A stretch of 64,000 nucleotides of DNA from an uncultured Actinomycetes bacterium (GCA_964501265.1 CAZCSK010000008.1:387-64386), one strand, 5' to 3'; positions 10,141 through 20,238 are shown, numbered from the stretch's first letter. Made by a program: numbers and translations. Notes: a model not told the origin generated them from the letters alone.

Positions 10141-11295
10141 TCACCACGGCCCCCGCATAATCATTCCGCTTCGAGGTTTGGGCCAAAACAGAGTCGTCTT
10201 GGGCGGCATCCTCATCCCCGATAGGGCGTTTTTGGTGACGAGGTCAAGGGCGGGAGGCGCTACGAGGAATCCGACCGAGTCCGAGCCCACCGCAGTGAGG
10301 ACGCGGGAGGCGTCGTGTTCGTAGGTTACGACCGCCCCAAGACTCTCCAGCAGATGCTCCAGATACGCGGTGTCGAGTTTGTCGGAGACCTTGACCTCAT
10401 AGACACCCTGAAGCGCGGCGACACCGATGGAGCCCGGGCCCTCCTGGGCGATCTTAGCCACCAGTTCTTCCGGCTGTATGGACAATGGAACAAGATCGAC
10501 GCTCTTCGAGAGGGCATCGAAGTTGATCTTTGACGCGATGCGATGAATGGGCCGCAGGGAGGGCGGATGCACGGACGGGTCCATGATCAACGCCAGTGTC
10601 GCGTCCCAGGGTCCAGGTCCGTCCACGCTTCGCCGTTCGTCCCGATAAGTGATTGCCGTTTCATAGCGATGGTGACCGTCGGCCACTATGACCGGAGTTT
10701 CGTTGATTCTCTCCACGACACTGGCCGCCTCGTCCCCGCTGACCCTAAAGGCGCGATGCCGAACATTCCCCGAATCGGCGACGTCCATTTCCGGAAGGCC
10801 GGCCATGACTTGCTCCGTGAACTCCTTGAATCTTTCTATGGGCCGGGAAGCGAGGAACCACAGCGGTTCCAAGTTCGCTGATGTTGCGCGCATTAACTGG
10901 AGTCGGTCCGCTTTGGGACCGGGCGTTGTCTGTTCATGCGGATAGACATCGCCGGCCCCCATCGTCTCGAGCTGCAACGCCCCAATAAGGCCGGCGGAGG
11001 TTTTGGAATCGTGATCCATTGTGTAAAGCCAGAAACTCGGGTCCTTCTCGTCGACGAGAGTCTCTTGTTGAATCCATTCCTTTAAGTAACCGGCCGCTCG
11101 GGAGTAACGGTCCCGCCCGGGCTTGTCGCTCGCCTGCACCGAACCCAAAATGATCCTGACGAAGTTGTTGGGGTGTGAGTCCTCCATAGCTTTCTGCTCG
11201 TCCGCAGAGATGACGTCGTAAGGCGGAGTGGTGACTAGATCGAGCGGAATAGATTCTGCGAAACGCAGAGCTCGAAAGGGTTTGAAGAGAGGCAC
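10141..11295 (-). CDS. DUF1015-family protein
   Basis: N-terminal FKPFRALRF...PPYDVIS and internal ADGHHRY motifs typical of DUF1015. Confidence 0.55.
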   Translation of the reverse strand: MPLFKPFRALRFAESIPLDLVTTPPYDVISADEQKAMEDSHPNNFVRIILGSVQASDKPGRDRYSRAAGYLKEWIQQETLVDEKDPSFWLYTMDHDSKTSAGLIGALQLETMGAGDVYPHEQTTPGPKADRLQLMRATSANLEPLWFLASRPIERFKEFTEQVMAGLPEMDVADSGNVRHRAFRVSGDEAASVVERINETPVIVADGHHRYETAITYRDERRSVDGPGPWDATLALIMDPSVHPPSLRPIHRIASKINFDALSKSVDLVPLSIQPEELVAKIAQEGPGSIGVAALQGVYEVKVSDKLDTAYLEHLLESLGAVVTYEHDASRVLTAVGSDSVGFLVAPPALDLVTKNALSGMRMPPKTTLFWPKPRSGMIMRGPW

Positions 11296-11343
11296 GGCAA
11301 GACTTCTACCATCTTACGTGCCGAGCCGCGCGATAGTTACCCC

Positions 11344-11706
11344 ATGAATGACGAACCCGATGTGTACGACCTTGTTGCCGAGGCCAAGGAACTCATGGGT
11401 TCGGGCAACGCGCGCCGCGCGGCGGATTTGCTGGGACGAGCTTCGGCAATCGAACCGGATAAGGCTTCGATTAGAGAAGCGCTTGCGCGCGCTCTCTTTA
11501 ATAGCGGTCGGATCGCAAGGGCTAGCGAGGAGTTCACTAAGGCCATTGAGATCGACCCGGCCAATCACTACGCCCATTACGGGCTGGGTCTTTGTAAGGC
11601 TCGCCTCGGTGACAAGACAAAGGCGATTGGTTGCATCAAGATTGCCCTTGCCATGCGGCCAGACTCCGAGGATTACCAGTTTGCGTTAAGGCGGCTCGAG
11701 CATTGA
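11344..11706 (+). CDS. TPR-repeat protein
   Basis: Three TPR-like helical hairpins (AIEPD..., AIEIDPANHYAHYGLGLC...). Confidence 0.6.
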   Translation: MNDEPDVYDLVAEAKELMGSGNARRAADLLGRASAIEPDKASIREALARALFNSGRIARASEEFTKAIEIDPANHYAHYGLGLCKARLGDKTKAIGCIKIALAMRPDSEDYQFALRRLEH

Positions 11707-12479
11707 ACGAGATTTTGGATAAGTATCGAGCGTTCGCGGTCGACCTCGACGGAGTGGTTTGGCGCGGGGACGCCATGATAGAAGGCTCCGCCGAGGCTCT
11801 TAAGCAATTGCTACGACTCGGCAAGAAGATTCTGATGCTGACGAATAACGGTTCGTACACTCCCGAATCTGTGATGCAGCGCCTCGCTGCAGAGGGAGTG
11901 GACCTCGTCGAGGGCCAAGTCTTGACGTCTTCTATGGTGACCATGGATTGGCTCGTTGTGAAGGGACTACAAGGCAAGGCCGCCATGGTGCTGGCGAACT
12001 CCTCGGTGGAAACTCAATTGAAGAGTGTCGTGACACCGGTTCCCATCCGTCGAGGGTCGGGGGCATCGGTCGTTGTGGTGGGCCGGGATCTTGATTTTGA
12101 TTTCGAGAGGCTTGCAGCGGCCGCGGCAGCCGTCCGGTCGGGAGCGTCGCTGATCGCTCTCAACCGTGATGACGTGATGCCGACTGAAAATGGGCTCGAG
12201 CCCGGGACTGGCGCCATCCTTGCGGCAATCGAAGCGGCCTCTGGCCGCAAAGCCGTCATCATCGGCAAGCCGCATCTGCCTATGATGCAAGCTGCTGTGG
12301 AGCGCGTCGGGGAAACGGGCGTGTTGATGGTGGGGGATCGCGCCGAGTCCGATGTTGCCGGAGCCAGAGCCGTGGGTTGGGATGCTGCACTCGTGCTATC
12401 GGGGGCCGACGCCGCCCCAACCCAAGGTCGACTCAGGCCGGACTACGTGGCCGCGAACCTACTTGAACTGATTCAATAA
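11703..12479 (+). CDS. HAD-IIA family hydrolase
   Basis: HAD motif I FAVDLDGVVW, LTNNGS, and C-terminal GDR..SD motif. TTG start overlaps the upstream stop (TTGA). Confidence 0.7.
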   Translation: MNEILDKYRAFAVDLDGVVWRGDAMIEGSAEALKQLLRLGKKILMLTNNGSYTPESVMQRLAAEGVDLVEGQVLTSSMVTMDWLVVKGLQGKAAMVLANSSVETQLKSVVTPVPIRRGSGASVVVVGRDLDFDFERLAAAAAAVRSGASLIALNRDDVMPTENGLEPGTGAILAAIEAASGRKAVIIGKPHLPMMQAAVERVGETGVLMVGDRAESDVAGARAVGWDAALVLSGADAAPTQGRLRPDYVAANLLELIQ

Positions 12480-13222
12480 AGAGTCGGCCGTGGGCGCGGC
12501 CTTCGGGCCCACCCGCCGAAGACGAAAATCAAAATCGCGCCGGCAATGAACCCTCCCACGTGCGCTACCCAGGCGACGCCGCCTCCGGACTGCTGGCCTT
12601 GTCCGATGAAGAATTGCGACGCAAACCAGAGTCCGAGCACTACCACTGCCGGTACTCGCATTCTTCCCAAGATGAATATCAGATAGGGAATCGGCACAAT
12701 TACGTGGACTTTGGCTCGAGGAAAAAGAACGAGGTACGCGCCGAGCAGGCCCGCGACAGCACCGCTTGCTCCGATCGTTGGAACAACTGAATCTACGTTT
12801 GCGAAAACGTGGGCAAGGCTGGCGAGCAATCCGGTGAGCAAGTAGAAAATAATGAAGCGAATCTTTCCCAAGACGTCTTCGATGTTGTTGCCGAAGACCC
12901 ACAGAAAGAGCATGTTGCCGGCGATGTGAAGGATGCCTCCGTGAAGGAACATCGACGTGATGAGCGAGAGGTAGATAGATTTTTGCAGGAGCGGGACACC
13001 CTCGCAAATTGGGCCGGTCAATTGCTCGCCCGAGGAAACCTCCTGGGGGACAACGCCCCATTTGAAGAAGAATTGCCCTAATTCACAGGTTTGGCTCTGA
13101 CCTAGCTGCGGTTCCATGAAGAAGAAGACGACGTTTACTGCAATGATGGCGATCGTGATAACCGAGAGCCGCCGCGTGGGATTGTCGTCGTGGATAGGAA
13201 TGAGCGAAGTAGCGCCGAGCAT
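12473..13222 (-). CDS. Rhomboid-family intramembrane serine protease
   Basis: Rhomboid motifs HIAGNMLFLWVFG and catalytic GASGAVAGLLGAY plus downstream His. Start at MLGATSL. Confidence 0.8.
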   Translation of the reverse strand: MLGATSLIPIHDDNPTRRLSVITIAIIAVNVVFFFMEPQLGQSQTCELGQFFFKWGVVPQEVSSGEQLTGPICEGVPLLQKSIYLSLITSMFLHGGILHIAGNMLFLWVFGNNIEDVLGKIRFIIFYLLTGLLASLAHVFANVDSVVPTIGASGAVAGLLGAYLVLFPRAKVHVIVPIPYLIFILGRMRVPAVVVLGLWFASQFFIGQGQQSGGGVAWVAHVGGFIAGAILIFVFGGWARRPRPRPTLY

Positions 13223-13263
13223 GCCAATCAGGATATATCTGTAGGCCCAAACAGGAGGCGAGA

Positions 13264-13620
13264 ATGTTGGAACAGATGCGCAATGCAATCCAGGTTGTTT
13301 CCGCGGTGGCGGAGATTCCACGCAAGCAGGCGGAAAAGATCGCAAAGGACCTGGCTAATAAGGCCGGTCTAGGGTCGGGCCAAATCTCGGATCTGGCTTC
13401 TGACATCATGCAGAAGAGTCGTGAGAACGCACAAATGGTCGCCTCGTTGGTTGGTAGTGAGGTCCGTCGCCAGGTCAAAGCGATGGGGCTTGTCACCCGA
13501 GATGACTTGGAACGCGTGAACCGCAGGATCCAGGGCCTTGCTTCCAAACAGGAAGTCGAGTCGATGCTGGCCAAGTCCAAGGTCCGGCCCACTACGAAGC
13601 CTAAGACGCCCAAAAAGTAG
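13264..13620 (+). CDS. Hypothetical coiled-coil protein (phasin-like), basic C-terminus
   Basis: AGGAGG RBS 5 nt upstream of the ATG. Helical, charged sequence. Confidence 0.45.
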   Translation: MLEQMRNAIQVVSAVAEIPRKQAEKIAKDLANKAGLGSGQISDLASDIMQKSRENAQMVASLVGSEVRRQVKAMGLVTRDDLERVNRRIQGLASKQEVESMLAKSKVRPTTKPKTPKK

Positions 13621-13698
13621 CTTCGAACCGCCAGTACATACGTTTCGCCAAAGAGTTTGACAGGCTCTGAAGGGGCTGGGAGACTTGCCCTTGATCCC

Positions 13699-14652
13699 AT
13701 GCCAAGAAAGCGCGTCTCGGCGCGGCCCGCCTTTGGGCTATTCATCATCACCCTCATTGGGGCCTTGGCACAGCCGGCGGGCGCGGCTGATCCGGCTGAT
13801 ATTCAAAAGAGACTTAATGAAACCGTGGCCCAAATCAGCAAGATTCAAGTGGATCAGGCACGTATCGAACAGAAGTCCGCGAAGCTCGAGACCGAGCTAG
13901 CGGAGGCCGAGCGGACGATCGCCCAAAAGTCCGAATTGGTCAAGGCTCGGGCCGGCTACATGTACCGCTACGGCGGAGGAGGACTCTTTATAGAGAATCT
14001 CATCGGTGCTGAAGACATACATAATTTCTTACGCCGTCTTCGATATCTTGAGGTTATGGGCGACAAGGACTCCAAACTCGTCGATGGCCTTCGCCTAACT
14101 CAGTCCCGCGCCGACGACTTGCGAACGGACCTTGCGTCTGCAAGGGCCGCGCAAAAACTCCTTGTATCGCAGATGAGAGCAAAGCGCAGCCAGCTGGAGG
14201 CGCAGTTCAAGGGCGCAATCGGCGCGGCCAAGGTAGGGCGCTTTGGAAAATTCGACTCGTTTACCTTGCCCATGAGTCCCTCGGCATTTTCGAATACATG
14301 GGGGGATCCCCGTTCCGGGGGGCGCCGCCACAAGGGGACTGATGTGTTCGGCGCCTGCGGGCAGCGCGTTGTCGCCGTCACCAACTCGGTCATCAGCGGC
14401 ATACAGTCGGGTGGATCGGGTGGAATCATGATGTACATCCGAGCCGGCAATGGTGACGTCTTTTTTTACGCGCACCTCAAAGGGTATGCCGCCGGGATGC
14501 GCGAGGGACGAAGTGTCGCGACCGGAGAATTGATCGCGTATAACGGCAATACCGGTAACGCCAGAGGCGGCCCATGCCACATTCACTTCGAATGGCACCC
14601 GGGTGGCGGGGGGCCGGTTAATCCGTACTCCCTGCTCAATGCCGCGAGATAG
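13699..14652 (+). CDS. Secreted M23-family metallopeptidase with N-terminal coiled-coil
   Basis: Signal peptide, coiled-coil, then M23 motifs HKGTD and HIHFEW. An alternative start at 13657 is possible. Confidence 0.75.
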   Translation: MPRKRVSARPAFGLFIITLIGALAQPAGAADPADIQKRLNETVAQISKIQVDQARIEQKSAKLETELAEAERTIAQKSELVKARAGYMYRYGGGGLFIENLIGAEDIHNFLRRLRYLEVMGDKDSKLVDGLRLTQSRADDLRTDLASARAAQKLLVSQMRAKRSQLEAQFKGAIGAAKVGRFGKFDSFTLPMSPSAFSNTWGDPRSGGRRHKGTDVFGACGQRVVAVTNSVISGIQSGGSGGIMMYIRAGNGDVFFYAHLKGYAAGMREGRSVATGELIAYNGNTGNARGGPCHIHFEWHPGGGGPVNPYSLLNAAR

Positions 14653-14678
14653 CAGGACCGTCCCCTCCTTTAATTTCA

Positions 14679-14729
14679 GGGGTTCGCAGCTTCTGGCGCG
14701 CGCGGTTCCGTACGTAAGGGGGCTGCTAC
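14679..14729 (+). repeat. Palindromic repeat family, truncated copy (left end + core), intergenic between M23 peptidase and aroC
   Basis: GGGGTTCGCAGCTTCTGGCGCGCGCGGTTCCGTACGTAAGGGGGCTGCTACG. Lacks the right-hand C7-GAA-C6 end. Confidence 0.8.
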
Positions 14730-14763
14730 GTCCACGAGCCTCTCCGCCCAGTACGATGTGTAG

Positions 14764-15993
14764 ATGTTGAGGTTTCTTACTGCAGGGGAATCGCACGGTC
14801 CGGCTCTCAATGTGATCGTAGACGGGATTCCTGCCGGGGTTGGCATCCAGTCAAAGTTTATTGCGGACGAGCTCGCACGCCGCAGGCTCGGCTACGGACG
14901 CGGACCAAGAATGAAGATCGAGCAGGATCAGCTCGAGCTCTTGTCGGGTGTTAGATTCGGTAAGAGCCTAGGGAGCCCGATTTCCTTGATCATCCGCAAT
15001 TCGGAATGGTCGAAGTGGGAGAGAGTTATGTCGGCCGAGGGAGAGCCAGCCGGCAACATCCTTACAGAGCCCCGTCCGGGACATGCAGATCTCGCCGGGA
15101 TGCTCAAATACGGATTCACCGATGCCCGCGATGTTTTGGAGCGCGCGAGTGCCCGTGAAACCGCCGCACGAACAGCGGCCGGTGCGCTTGCCAAGCAATT
15201 GCTTCTTGAATTGGGAATTCAGATCGTGTCGCACGTAGTCGCAATAGGGCAGGTGTCAGCGGGCGGCGCGATTAGACCCCGGCCCGAGGATCAGGAGGCA
15301 ATAGACGCTTCGCAAGTCCGGTGTGCCGACCCCGGGGCGACGGAAGCAATGGTCAATGACATCGAAGCCGCGGGCGCGGCGGGGGACTCACTGGGCGGCG
15401 TCTTCGAAGTCCTGGCGTACGGCGTCCCCCCCGGTCTCGGGTCCTACGTCTCATGGGATCGCAGGCTGGACGGCCGCCTTGCGCAAGCCTTGATGTCCAT
15501 TCCTGCCATCAAGGGTGTGGAGATCGGGGACGCATTCAATGTTGCGCGCCTAAGAGGCTCAGAGGCCCACGACGAGATCTTCTTCGAAGGGGGTGACTAC
15601 GTCCGTCATACCGATCGGGCGGGAGGCTTTGAGGGGGGCATGTCCATCGGCGGTCCCATTCGAGTGCGAGCGGCGATGAAACCGCTGTCGACTCTCAAGC
15701 GCCCCTTGCAGACCGTGGACACCAGGACGAACAAACCGGCCGTTGCCTTCAAGGAGCGGACCGATGTCTGCTCGGTTCCGGCGGCAGCCGTTGTTGGAGA
15801 ATCGGTCGTCGCTCTCACGCTCGCCGACGCTTTACTCGAGAAGTTCGGCGGCGACAGTTTGGGCGACATCAAGCAAGCAATCCAAGCGTATGGCGAACGC
15901 ATCAAATCGACTTCGGGGGATTCGCAGCTTCTGGCGACTCCGACTCCTATCGATAGGCGGGAACTACCCCCCCGAACCCCCCCACAGGCGTGA
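14764..15993 (+). CDS. aroC: Chorismate synthase; C-terminal ~23 aa encoded by a palindromic repeat copy
   Basis: MLRFLTAGESHGPAL and full-length AroC similarity. Shikimate operon context. Confidence 0.9.
   Translation: MLRFLTAGESHGPALNVIVDGIPAGVGIQSKFIADELARRRLGYGRGPRMKIEQDQLELLSGVRFGKSLGSPISLIIRNSEWSKWERVMSAEGEPAGNILTEPRPGHADLAGMLKYGFTDARDVLERASARETAARTAAGALAKQLLLELGIQIVSHVVAIGQVSAGGAIRPRPEDQEAIDASQVRCADPGATEAMVNDIEAAGAAGDSLGGVFEVLAYGVPPGLGSYVSWDRRLDGRLAQALMSIPAIKGVEIGDAFNVARLRGSEAHDEIFFEGGDYVRHTDRAGGFEGGMSIGGPIRVRAAMKPLSTLKRPLQTVDTRTNKPAVAFKERTDVCSVPAAAVVGESVVALTLADALLEKFGGDSLGDIKQAIQAYGERIKSTSGDSQLLATPTPIDRRELPPRTPPQA
15915..15983 (+). repeat. Palindromic repeat family, 69-bp copy forming the aroC 3' end / aroK start region
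   Basis: GGGGGATTCGCAGCTTCTGGCG...CTACCCCCCCGAACCCCCCC. Read in a different frame from the priA/carB copies. Confidence 0.8.
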
Positions 15994-16496
15994 AGTCGGC
16001 CAGTGCGTTGAGGCCCATTGCGTTGATCGGGCCGATGGGGGCGGGCAAGACAGCAACAGCCAAGTGCTTGGCCGCCCTGATCGGCTGGCACTTCATCGAT
16101 CTTGACGATTTGGTTGTTCGCAAGTGCGGTAAAGCAATCGAGCGGATTTTTAGTGAAGACGGAGAGGAAGAGTTTAGGCGCCTAGAGTCCGAGGCTCTGA
16201 TGTCAGGGCTCGCGACGAACACAGCGGTGATCGCATGCGGCGGCGGAGTCGTCGTGGACCGGACTAACGTCGAGCTCCTGAAGTCGTCAGCCACGGTTGT
16301 CTACCTAAAAGTAGATGTCGAAGTCGCGGTGGCACGCGTAGGAAACGATTCTGATCGGCCGTTAGCGCCCCTTTTGGAGCATCTCGTCGCCGAACGTGAC
16401 CCGCTGTACGCTGAGGCCGCACACTTCACAGTCGACGCTGGCAAGAACGTCGGCGACGTGGCGGAATCCGTTCGCCGTGTCATAGGTATCGAATGA
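15990..16496 (+). CDS. aroK: Shikimate kinase
   Basis: Walker A GPMGAGKT. Operon position. GTG start overlaps the aroC stop. Confidence 0.85.
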   Translation: MKSASALRPIALIGPMGAGKTATAKCLAALIGWHFIDLDDLVVRKCGKAIERIFSEDGEEEFRRLESEALMSGLATNTAVIACGGGVVVDRTNVELLKSSATVVYLKVDVEVAVARVGNDSDRPLAPLLEHLVAERDPLYAEAAHFTVDAGKNVGDVAESVRRVIGIE

Positions 16497-17554
16497 AAAC
16501 CGTCGCGATTGCGATGGGGGACTCCTCATATGAAGTGCAAGTTGGGACGGGCCTTTTGGATTCGGTTGGAGACATCCTCAGGTTTGATTTTGGCTCCGCC
16601 CTGATAATTGAAGACGCTGCCGCGGGGGCTCTCTTCGGAGAAAGGCTCGAATTCTCTTTATCAAGGAGGGGCCGAGTGGAGCGCGTGGCGATCGAACCCG
16701 GAGAGCGGACGAAGTCATGGGAAGTGGCCGGCGATCTGCTCGGGAAGATTGCTTCTTTTGGCCTCTCCAGGGGAGACGCTGTGATTGCGTTGGGCGGGGG
16801 AGTGGCTGGGGATCTTGCCGGGTTTGTGGCTTCCATTTACATGCGGGGAGTACGGGTGGTGCAAGTTCCTACAACATTACTGGCTCAAGTCGACGCGGCG
16901 GTGGGCGGGAAGACCGGCGTTAACCTGCTCGCGGGAAAGAATTTAGCGGGATCGTTTCACCAACCGAGCGCGGTGATTTGCGATGTCGAAACCCTAAAGA
17001 CGCTCCCCGAACGCCAATTCAGATCCGGGATGGCAGAAGTCGTGAAATACGGTCTCTGCTTTGACCAAGAATTGCTATCCGAGAAATTCCTTGCGGCGGA
17101 CCCTGGAGATGCCCCTTTGCTCGAAGATCTTGTGGCCAGGTGCGTGAGGATCAAGGGAGAAGTGATTTCGCAGGACGAAAAGGACTCCGGCCTGCGGATG
17201 CAACTCAATTACGGCCACACTCTGGGTCATGCCCTAGAGGCAGCTGGTGGCTACAGCCAATTCACGCATGGAGAAGCTATCAGCGTCGGCATGATTTGCG
17301 CCGCTCATGTCGCCGCCGATCTTGGAATGCTGACAAGTTCGGGAGTAGATTTGCATAGGCGAGCCGTAGGCTGGGCCGGGCTTCCCGTTTCCGTCAAGGC
17401 GGACCCGACCGAGGTTGCACGTTTCATGGAAATGGATAAGAAGTACGACGGGTCGCCCCGCTGGGTTTTGCTTGAGGGGATCACCAACCCGATCGTTCGA
17501 AGCGGGATCGAAGAGAGTCGAATACTCGCCGCTATGCAAAAAGTTCTCGAATGA
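16493..17554 (+). CDS. aroB: 3-dehydroquinate synthase
   Basis: Gly-rich NAD motif GGGVAGDLAGF and metal-binding His residues. Operon position. Confidence 0.85.
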   Translation: MKTVAIAMGDSSYEVQVGTGLLDSVGDILRFDFGSALIIEDAAAGALFGERLEFSLSRRGRVERVAIEPGERTKSWEVAGDLLGKIASFGLSRGDAVIALGGGVAGDLAGFVASIYMRGVRVVQVPTTLLAQVDAAVGGKTGVNLLAGKNLAGSFHQPSAVICDVETLKTLPERQFRSGMAEVVKYGLCFDQELLSEKFLAADPGDAPLLEDLVARCVRIKGEVISQDEKDSGLRMQLNYGHTLGHALEAAGGYSQFTHGEAISVGMICAAHVAADLGMLTSSGVDLHRRAVGWAGLPVSVKADPTEVARFMEMDKKYDGSPRWVLLEGITNPIVRSGIEESRILAAMQKVLE

Positions 17555-18000
17555 AGCTCTTCATCTTGAATGGGCCGAACTTGGATAAGTTGGGAACGAG
17601 GGAGCCCACCATCTACGGCACCGATACTTTGGGTGAAGTCCAAAAAATGTGCGAGAAGGTGGGCGAGGACCTGGGCCTCGAGATCGACTTTCGGCAAACA
17701 AATGATGAGGGCGAGCTGGTAGGTTGGTTGCAGGAAGCGCGCAAAGAGGCTTCCGGTGTCATCATCAATCCGGCAGCGTTCACTCACTACTCACTGGCGG
17801 TGCGCGACGCTTTGGCTGCGACAGAACTTCCCGCGATGGAAGTACACATCTCGAACATCTACGCCCGGGAGGAATGGCGGGCAAAGTCGCTGATTTCGGG
17901 CGTTGCGACGGCGGTAATAGCTGGCTGCGGCACTTACGGTTACGTTCTAGCGATCGAGGCGATTGCCAAGATCTTGAGGGGGACTCAAGGGGGGGAATGA
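17551..18000 (+). CDS. aroQ: Type II 3-dehydroquinate dehydratase
   Basis: MKLFILNGPNLDKLGTREPTIYG, characteristic of type II DHQase. Confidence 0.85.
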   Translation: MKLFILNGPNLDKLGTREPTIYGTDTLGEVQKMCEKVGEDLGLEIDFRQTNDEGELVGWLQEARKEASGVIINPAAFTHYSLAVRDALAATELPAMEVHISNIYAREEWRAKSLISGVATAVIAGCGTYGYVLAIEAIAKILRGTQGGE

Positions 18001-19106
18001 TGAACTACAGACCGAGAATCGAAAAGTTGCGGGGAAAAATGAAAGAGCACGGTGCATCTTTTCTCTTTGTCACAAACACGACCAATGTCCGATACCTCTG
18101 CGGCTTCAGCGGTTCGAACGGATCAATCCTGCTAGGGACCGACGACGCCCACTTTTTCTCGGACGGCCGCTACGAGACGCAGGCGAAGGAACAGGTTGAG
18201 GGCGCCGAGATCTTCATCTACGGAACACCCGACGAGTTTTGCGACGCCCTCCGAAAATCCCTGGGCACGGATCGGGCCAAAATAGCGTTCGAAGCTTCCC
18301 ACGTAAGCGTGCTCCGCTCGCCCCAATCTGGGGATGGCCGTCCGTCGGTCGAAGAACTCGAGGGCTACTTCGAGAGCCACGACCTGATGCCATCCAAGGG
18401 ATGGGTCGAGGAAATCCGTAGGGTGAAGGATGAAGACGAGATTCGCCTTATCAAGGTCGCCGCGGAACTTGCGGACGCGGGTTTCGCGCACATCGTCGAG
18501 CGGATCGAAGTCGGAAAAACGGAGCGCGAGTTGGCGTTGGAACTCGAATTCTTCATGCGCAAATCAGGAGCGGACGGCGTGTCTTTCGAACTTATTGTCG
18601 CGGCAGGGGAACGAAGCGCACTGCCTCACGCTCGTCCCACCGACACATTGGTCGAGGAGGGCCGCTATCTTCTGTTCGACTTAGGTTGCAAGGTGGCCGG
18701 GTACTGCTCCGACCTGACTCGCACGGTAATCGTCGGCTCGGCCGACGAACGTCACCGCGAAATTTACGACCTGGTCCTAAAGGCAGAGGAGGCGTCATTG
18801 GCAGCGGTTCGTGCGGGCGTCACCGGTCTGGACCTGGACCGAATGGCGCGCGACATCATTACCGATGGGGGCTACGGGGATGCTTTTTCTCACGGGCTGG
18901 GACACGGTGTAGGTTTGGACGTTCACGAGGAACCCCGTCTTTCGCGGATCTCCAAGGACACATTACAGACCGGCAATGTCGTCACAGTGGAGCCCGGCGT
19001 TTATCTTGCCGGTTGGGGAGGAGTCCGGATCGAAGATTTGGTCCTGGTCCGCCCCCAAGGCGCAGAGGTTCTAAGTGCGGCGCCGAAAGAGTTACTGACT
19101 CTATAA
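17997..19106 (+). CDS. pepP: Xaa-Pro aminopeptidase (M24 family)
   Basis: M24 metal-ligand motifs (HGLGHGVGLDVHE, VEPG..., IED). Conserved position between aroQ and efp. Confidence 0.8.
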   Translation: MMNYRPRIEKLRGKMKEHGASFLFVTNTTNVRYLCGFSGSNGSILLGTDDAHFFSDGRYETQAKEQVEGAEIFIYGTPDEFCDALRKSLGTDRAKIAFEASHVSVLRSPQSGDGRPSVEELEGYFESHDLMPSKGWVEEIRRVKDEDEIRLIKVAAELADAGFAHIVERIEVGKTERELALELEFFMRKSGADGVSFELIVAAGERSALPHARPTDTLVEEGRYLLFDLGCKVAGYCSDLTRTVIVGSADERHREIYDLVLKAEEASLAAVRAGVTGLDLDRMARDIITDGGYGDAFSHGLGHGVGLDVHEEPRLSRISKDTLQTGNVVTVEPGVYLAGWGGVRIEDLVLVRPQGAEVLSAAPKELLTL

Positions 19107-19119
19107 ACTTGCCATCACG

Positions 19120-19680
19120 ATGATTTCAACCAACGACATGCGTCCCGGCATGACCCTCGACCTGGGCGGAGACCTTTTTACCATCGTCGAGTACGGCCAT
19201 CACAAGCCTGGCAAGGGCGGGGCAATGGTGAGGACCAAGCTGAAAAACGTCAAGAATGGGGCGGTTGTCGAAAGAACATTTCGAGCCGACGAAAAGGTGG
19301 AGTTGGCGCATCTGGACAAAAGAGCCATGCAATACCTTTACTCACAAGACGCGGATTTCGTTTTTATGGACACCGACTCATATGAGCAAGTCCACGTCGC
19401 CGGTGACTTTGTGGGCGGTTCCGCTTCTTTCCTGAAAGAAGGCTTGGTCGTGCAGATCTCCATGTATCAGGAGTCCCCGATCGGCCTCGAACTGCCGGCC
19501 AGCGTGGAACTCAAAGTCTCACAGACCGATCCAGGGTTTCAGGGCGACCGATCATCCGCAGGTACGAAGCCTGCGACTATGGAGACCGGAGCGGTGGTTC
19601 AGGTGCCGTTGTTCGTTAACAGCGGCGAGATCGTGCGCGTTGACACTCGCACCGGCAACTACATCACCCGGGTCAAGTAG
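19120..19680 (+). CDS. efp: Elongation factor P
   Basis: EF-P N-terminal KPGKGGA loop. Length 186 aa. Confidence 0.9.
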   Translation: MISTNDMRPGMTLDLGGDLFTIVEYGHHKPGKGGAMVRTKLKNVKNGAVVERTFRADEKVELAHLDKRAMQYLYSQDADFVFMDTDSYEQVHVAGDFVGGSASFLKEGLVVQISMYQESPIGLELPASVELKVSQTDPGFQGDRSSAGTKPATMETGAVVQVPLFVNSGEIVRVDTRTGNYITRVK

Positions 19681-19685
19681 GCACC

Positions 19686-20081
19686 TTGGCTCGCCGCCGG
19701 GGTGCGCGCAAGCTCGCCCTGGATATTCTGTACGAACAGGATCTGACACAAGCAGCCGTCGGAGACATTCTCGATCGCTATGCTGCCAATCCAGCATACG
19801 AATTTGCCTCGCAACTGGTGAAAGGTGTTTGGGCTCACCGAGAGGAGTTGGATGGAATCATCTCCGAGAGCGCCCCCGACTGGAAACTCGAGAGGATGCC
19901 GGCGATAGACCGCAATCTCATGAGAATCGCGCTCTTTGAGATGCTCTACCTGGACGAGTCACCGACCGCCGTCGCAATTAACGAGGCCGTTGAACTTGCG
20001 AAGATGTATTCAACACAAGATTCAAGCCGCTTCGTAAACGGGGTGCTAGGTCGAGTCGCCGCCGGTCAACTACCGCGCTAA
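19686..20081 (+). CDS. nusB: Transcription antitermination factor NusB
   Basis: RRRGARKLALDILYE typical of NusB. efp-nusB synteny. Confidence 0.85.
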   Translation: MARRRGARKLALDILYEQDLTQAAVGDILDRYAANPAYEFASQLVKGVWAHREELDGIISESAPDWKLERMPAIDRNLMRIALFEMLYLDESPTAVAINEAVELAKMYSTQDSSRFVNGVLGRVAAGQLPR

Positions 20082-20087
20082 AAGCGG

Positions 20088-20238
20088 CTACCAGCGATAC
20101 CAGCGAGAGCCGGATCCTTTTTTCATGAAACCCACGATCCAGAGCACGAGAAGGACAATCGCCACGTACCACAAGATCTTCATCGTGAATCCCGCTCCGA
20201 ACAGGATGAGCGTCAGCAGAAGGACGACTAGTAGAGGG
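20088..20238 (-). CDS. Possible small hydrophobic protein (~50 aa)
   Basis: Short ORF (LGPLLVVLLLTLILFGAGFTMKILWYVAIVLLVLWIVGFMKKGSGSRWYRW) absent from the ORF track because it is under 60 aa. Judged by eye only. Confidence 0.25.

Noticed and set aside
11314-11986. Several 60-120 aa ORFs antisense to, or overlapping, the TPR and HAD genes
   Set aside because: They are GC-rich antisense frames without motifs. The sense-strand genes are well supported.
17985-18000. GGGGGGGAATGATG at the aroQ/pepP junction
   Set aside because: It is the aroQ stop, a Shine-Dalgarno-like G-run and the pepP start. It is not a repeat end.
20088-20100. Direct repeat TACCAGCGA-TACCAGCGA followed by a T-run downstream of nusB as a possible terminator
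   Set aside because: No convincing GC-rich stem was found. It may simply be the 3' coding end of the small minus-strand hydrophobic ORF.
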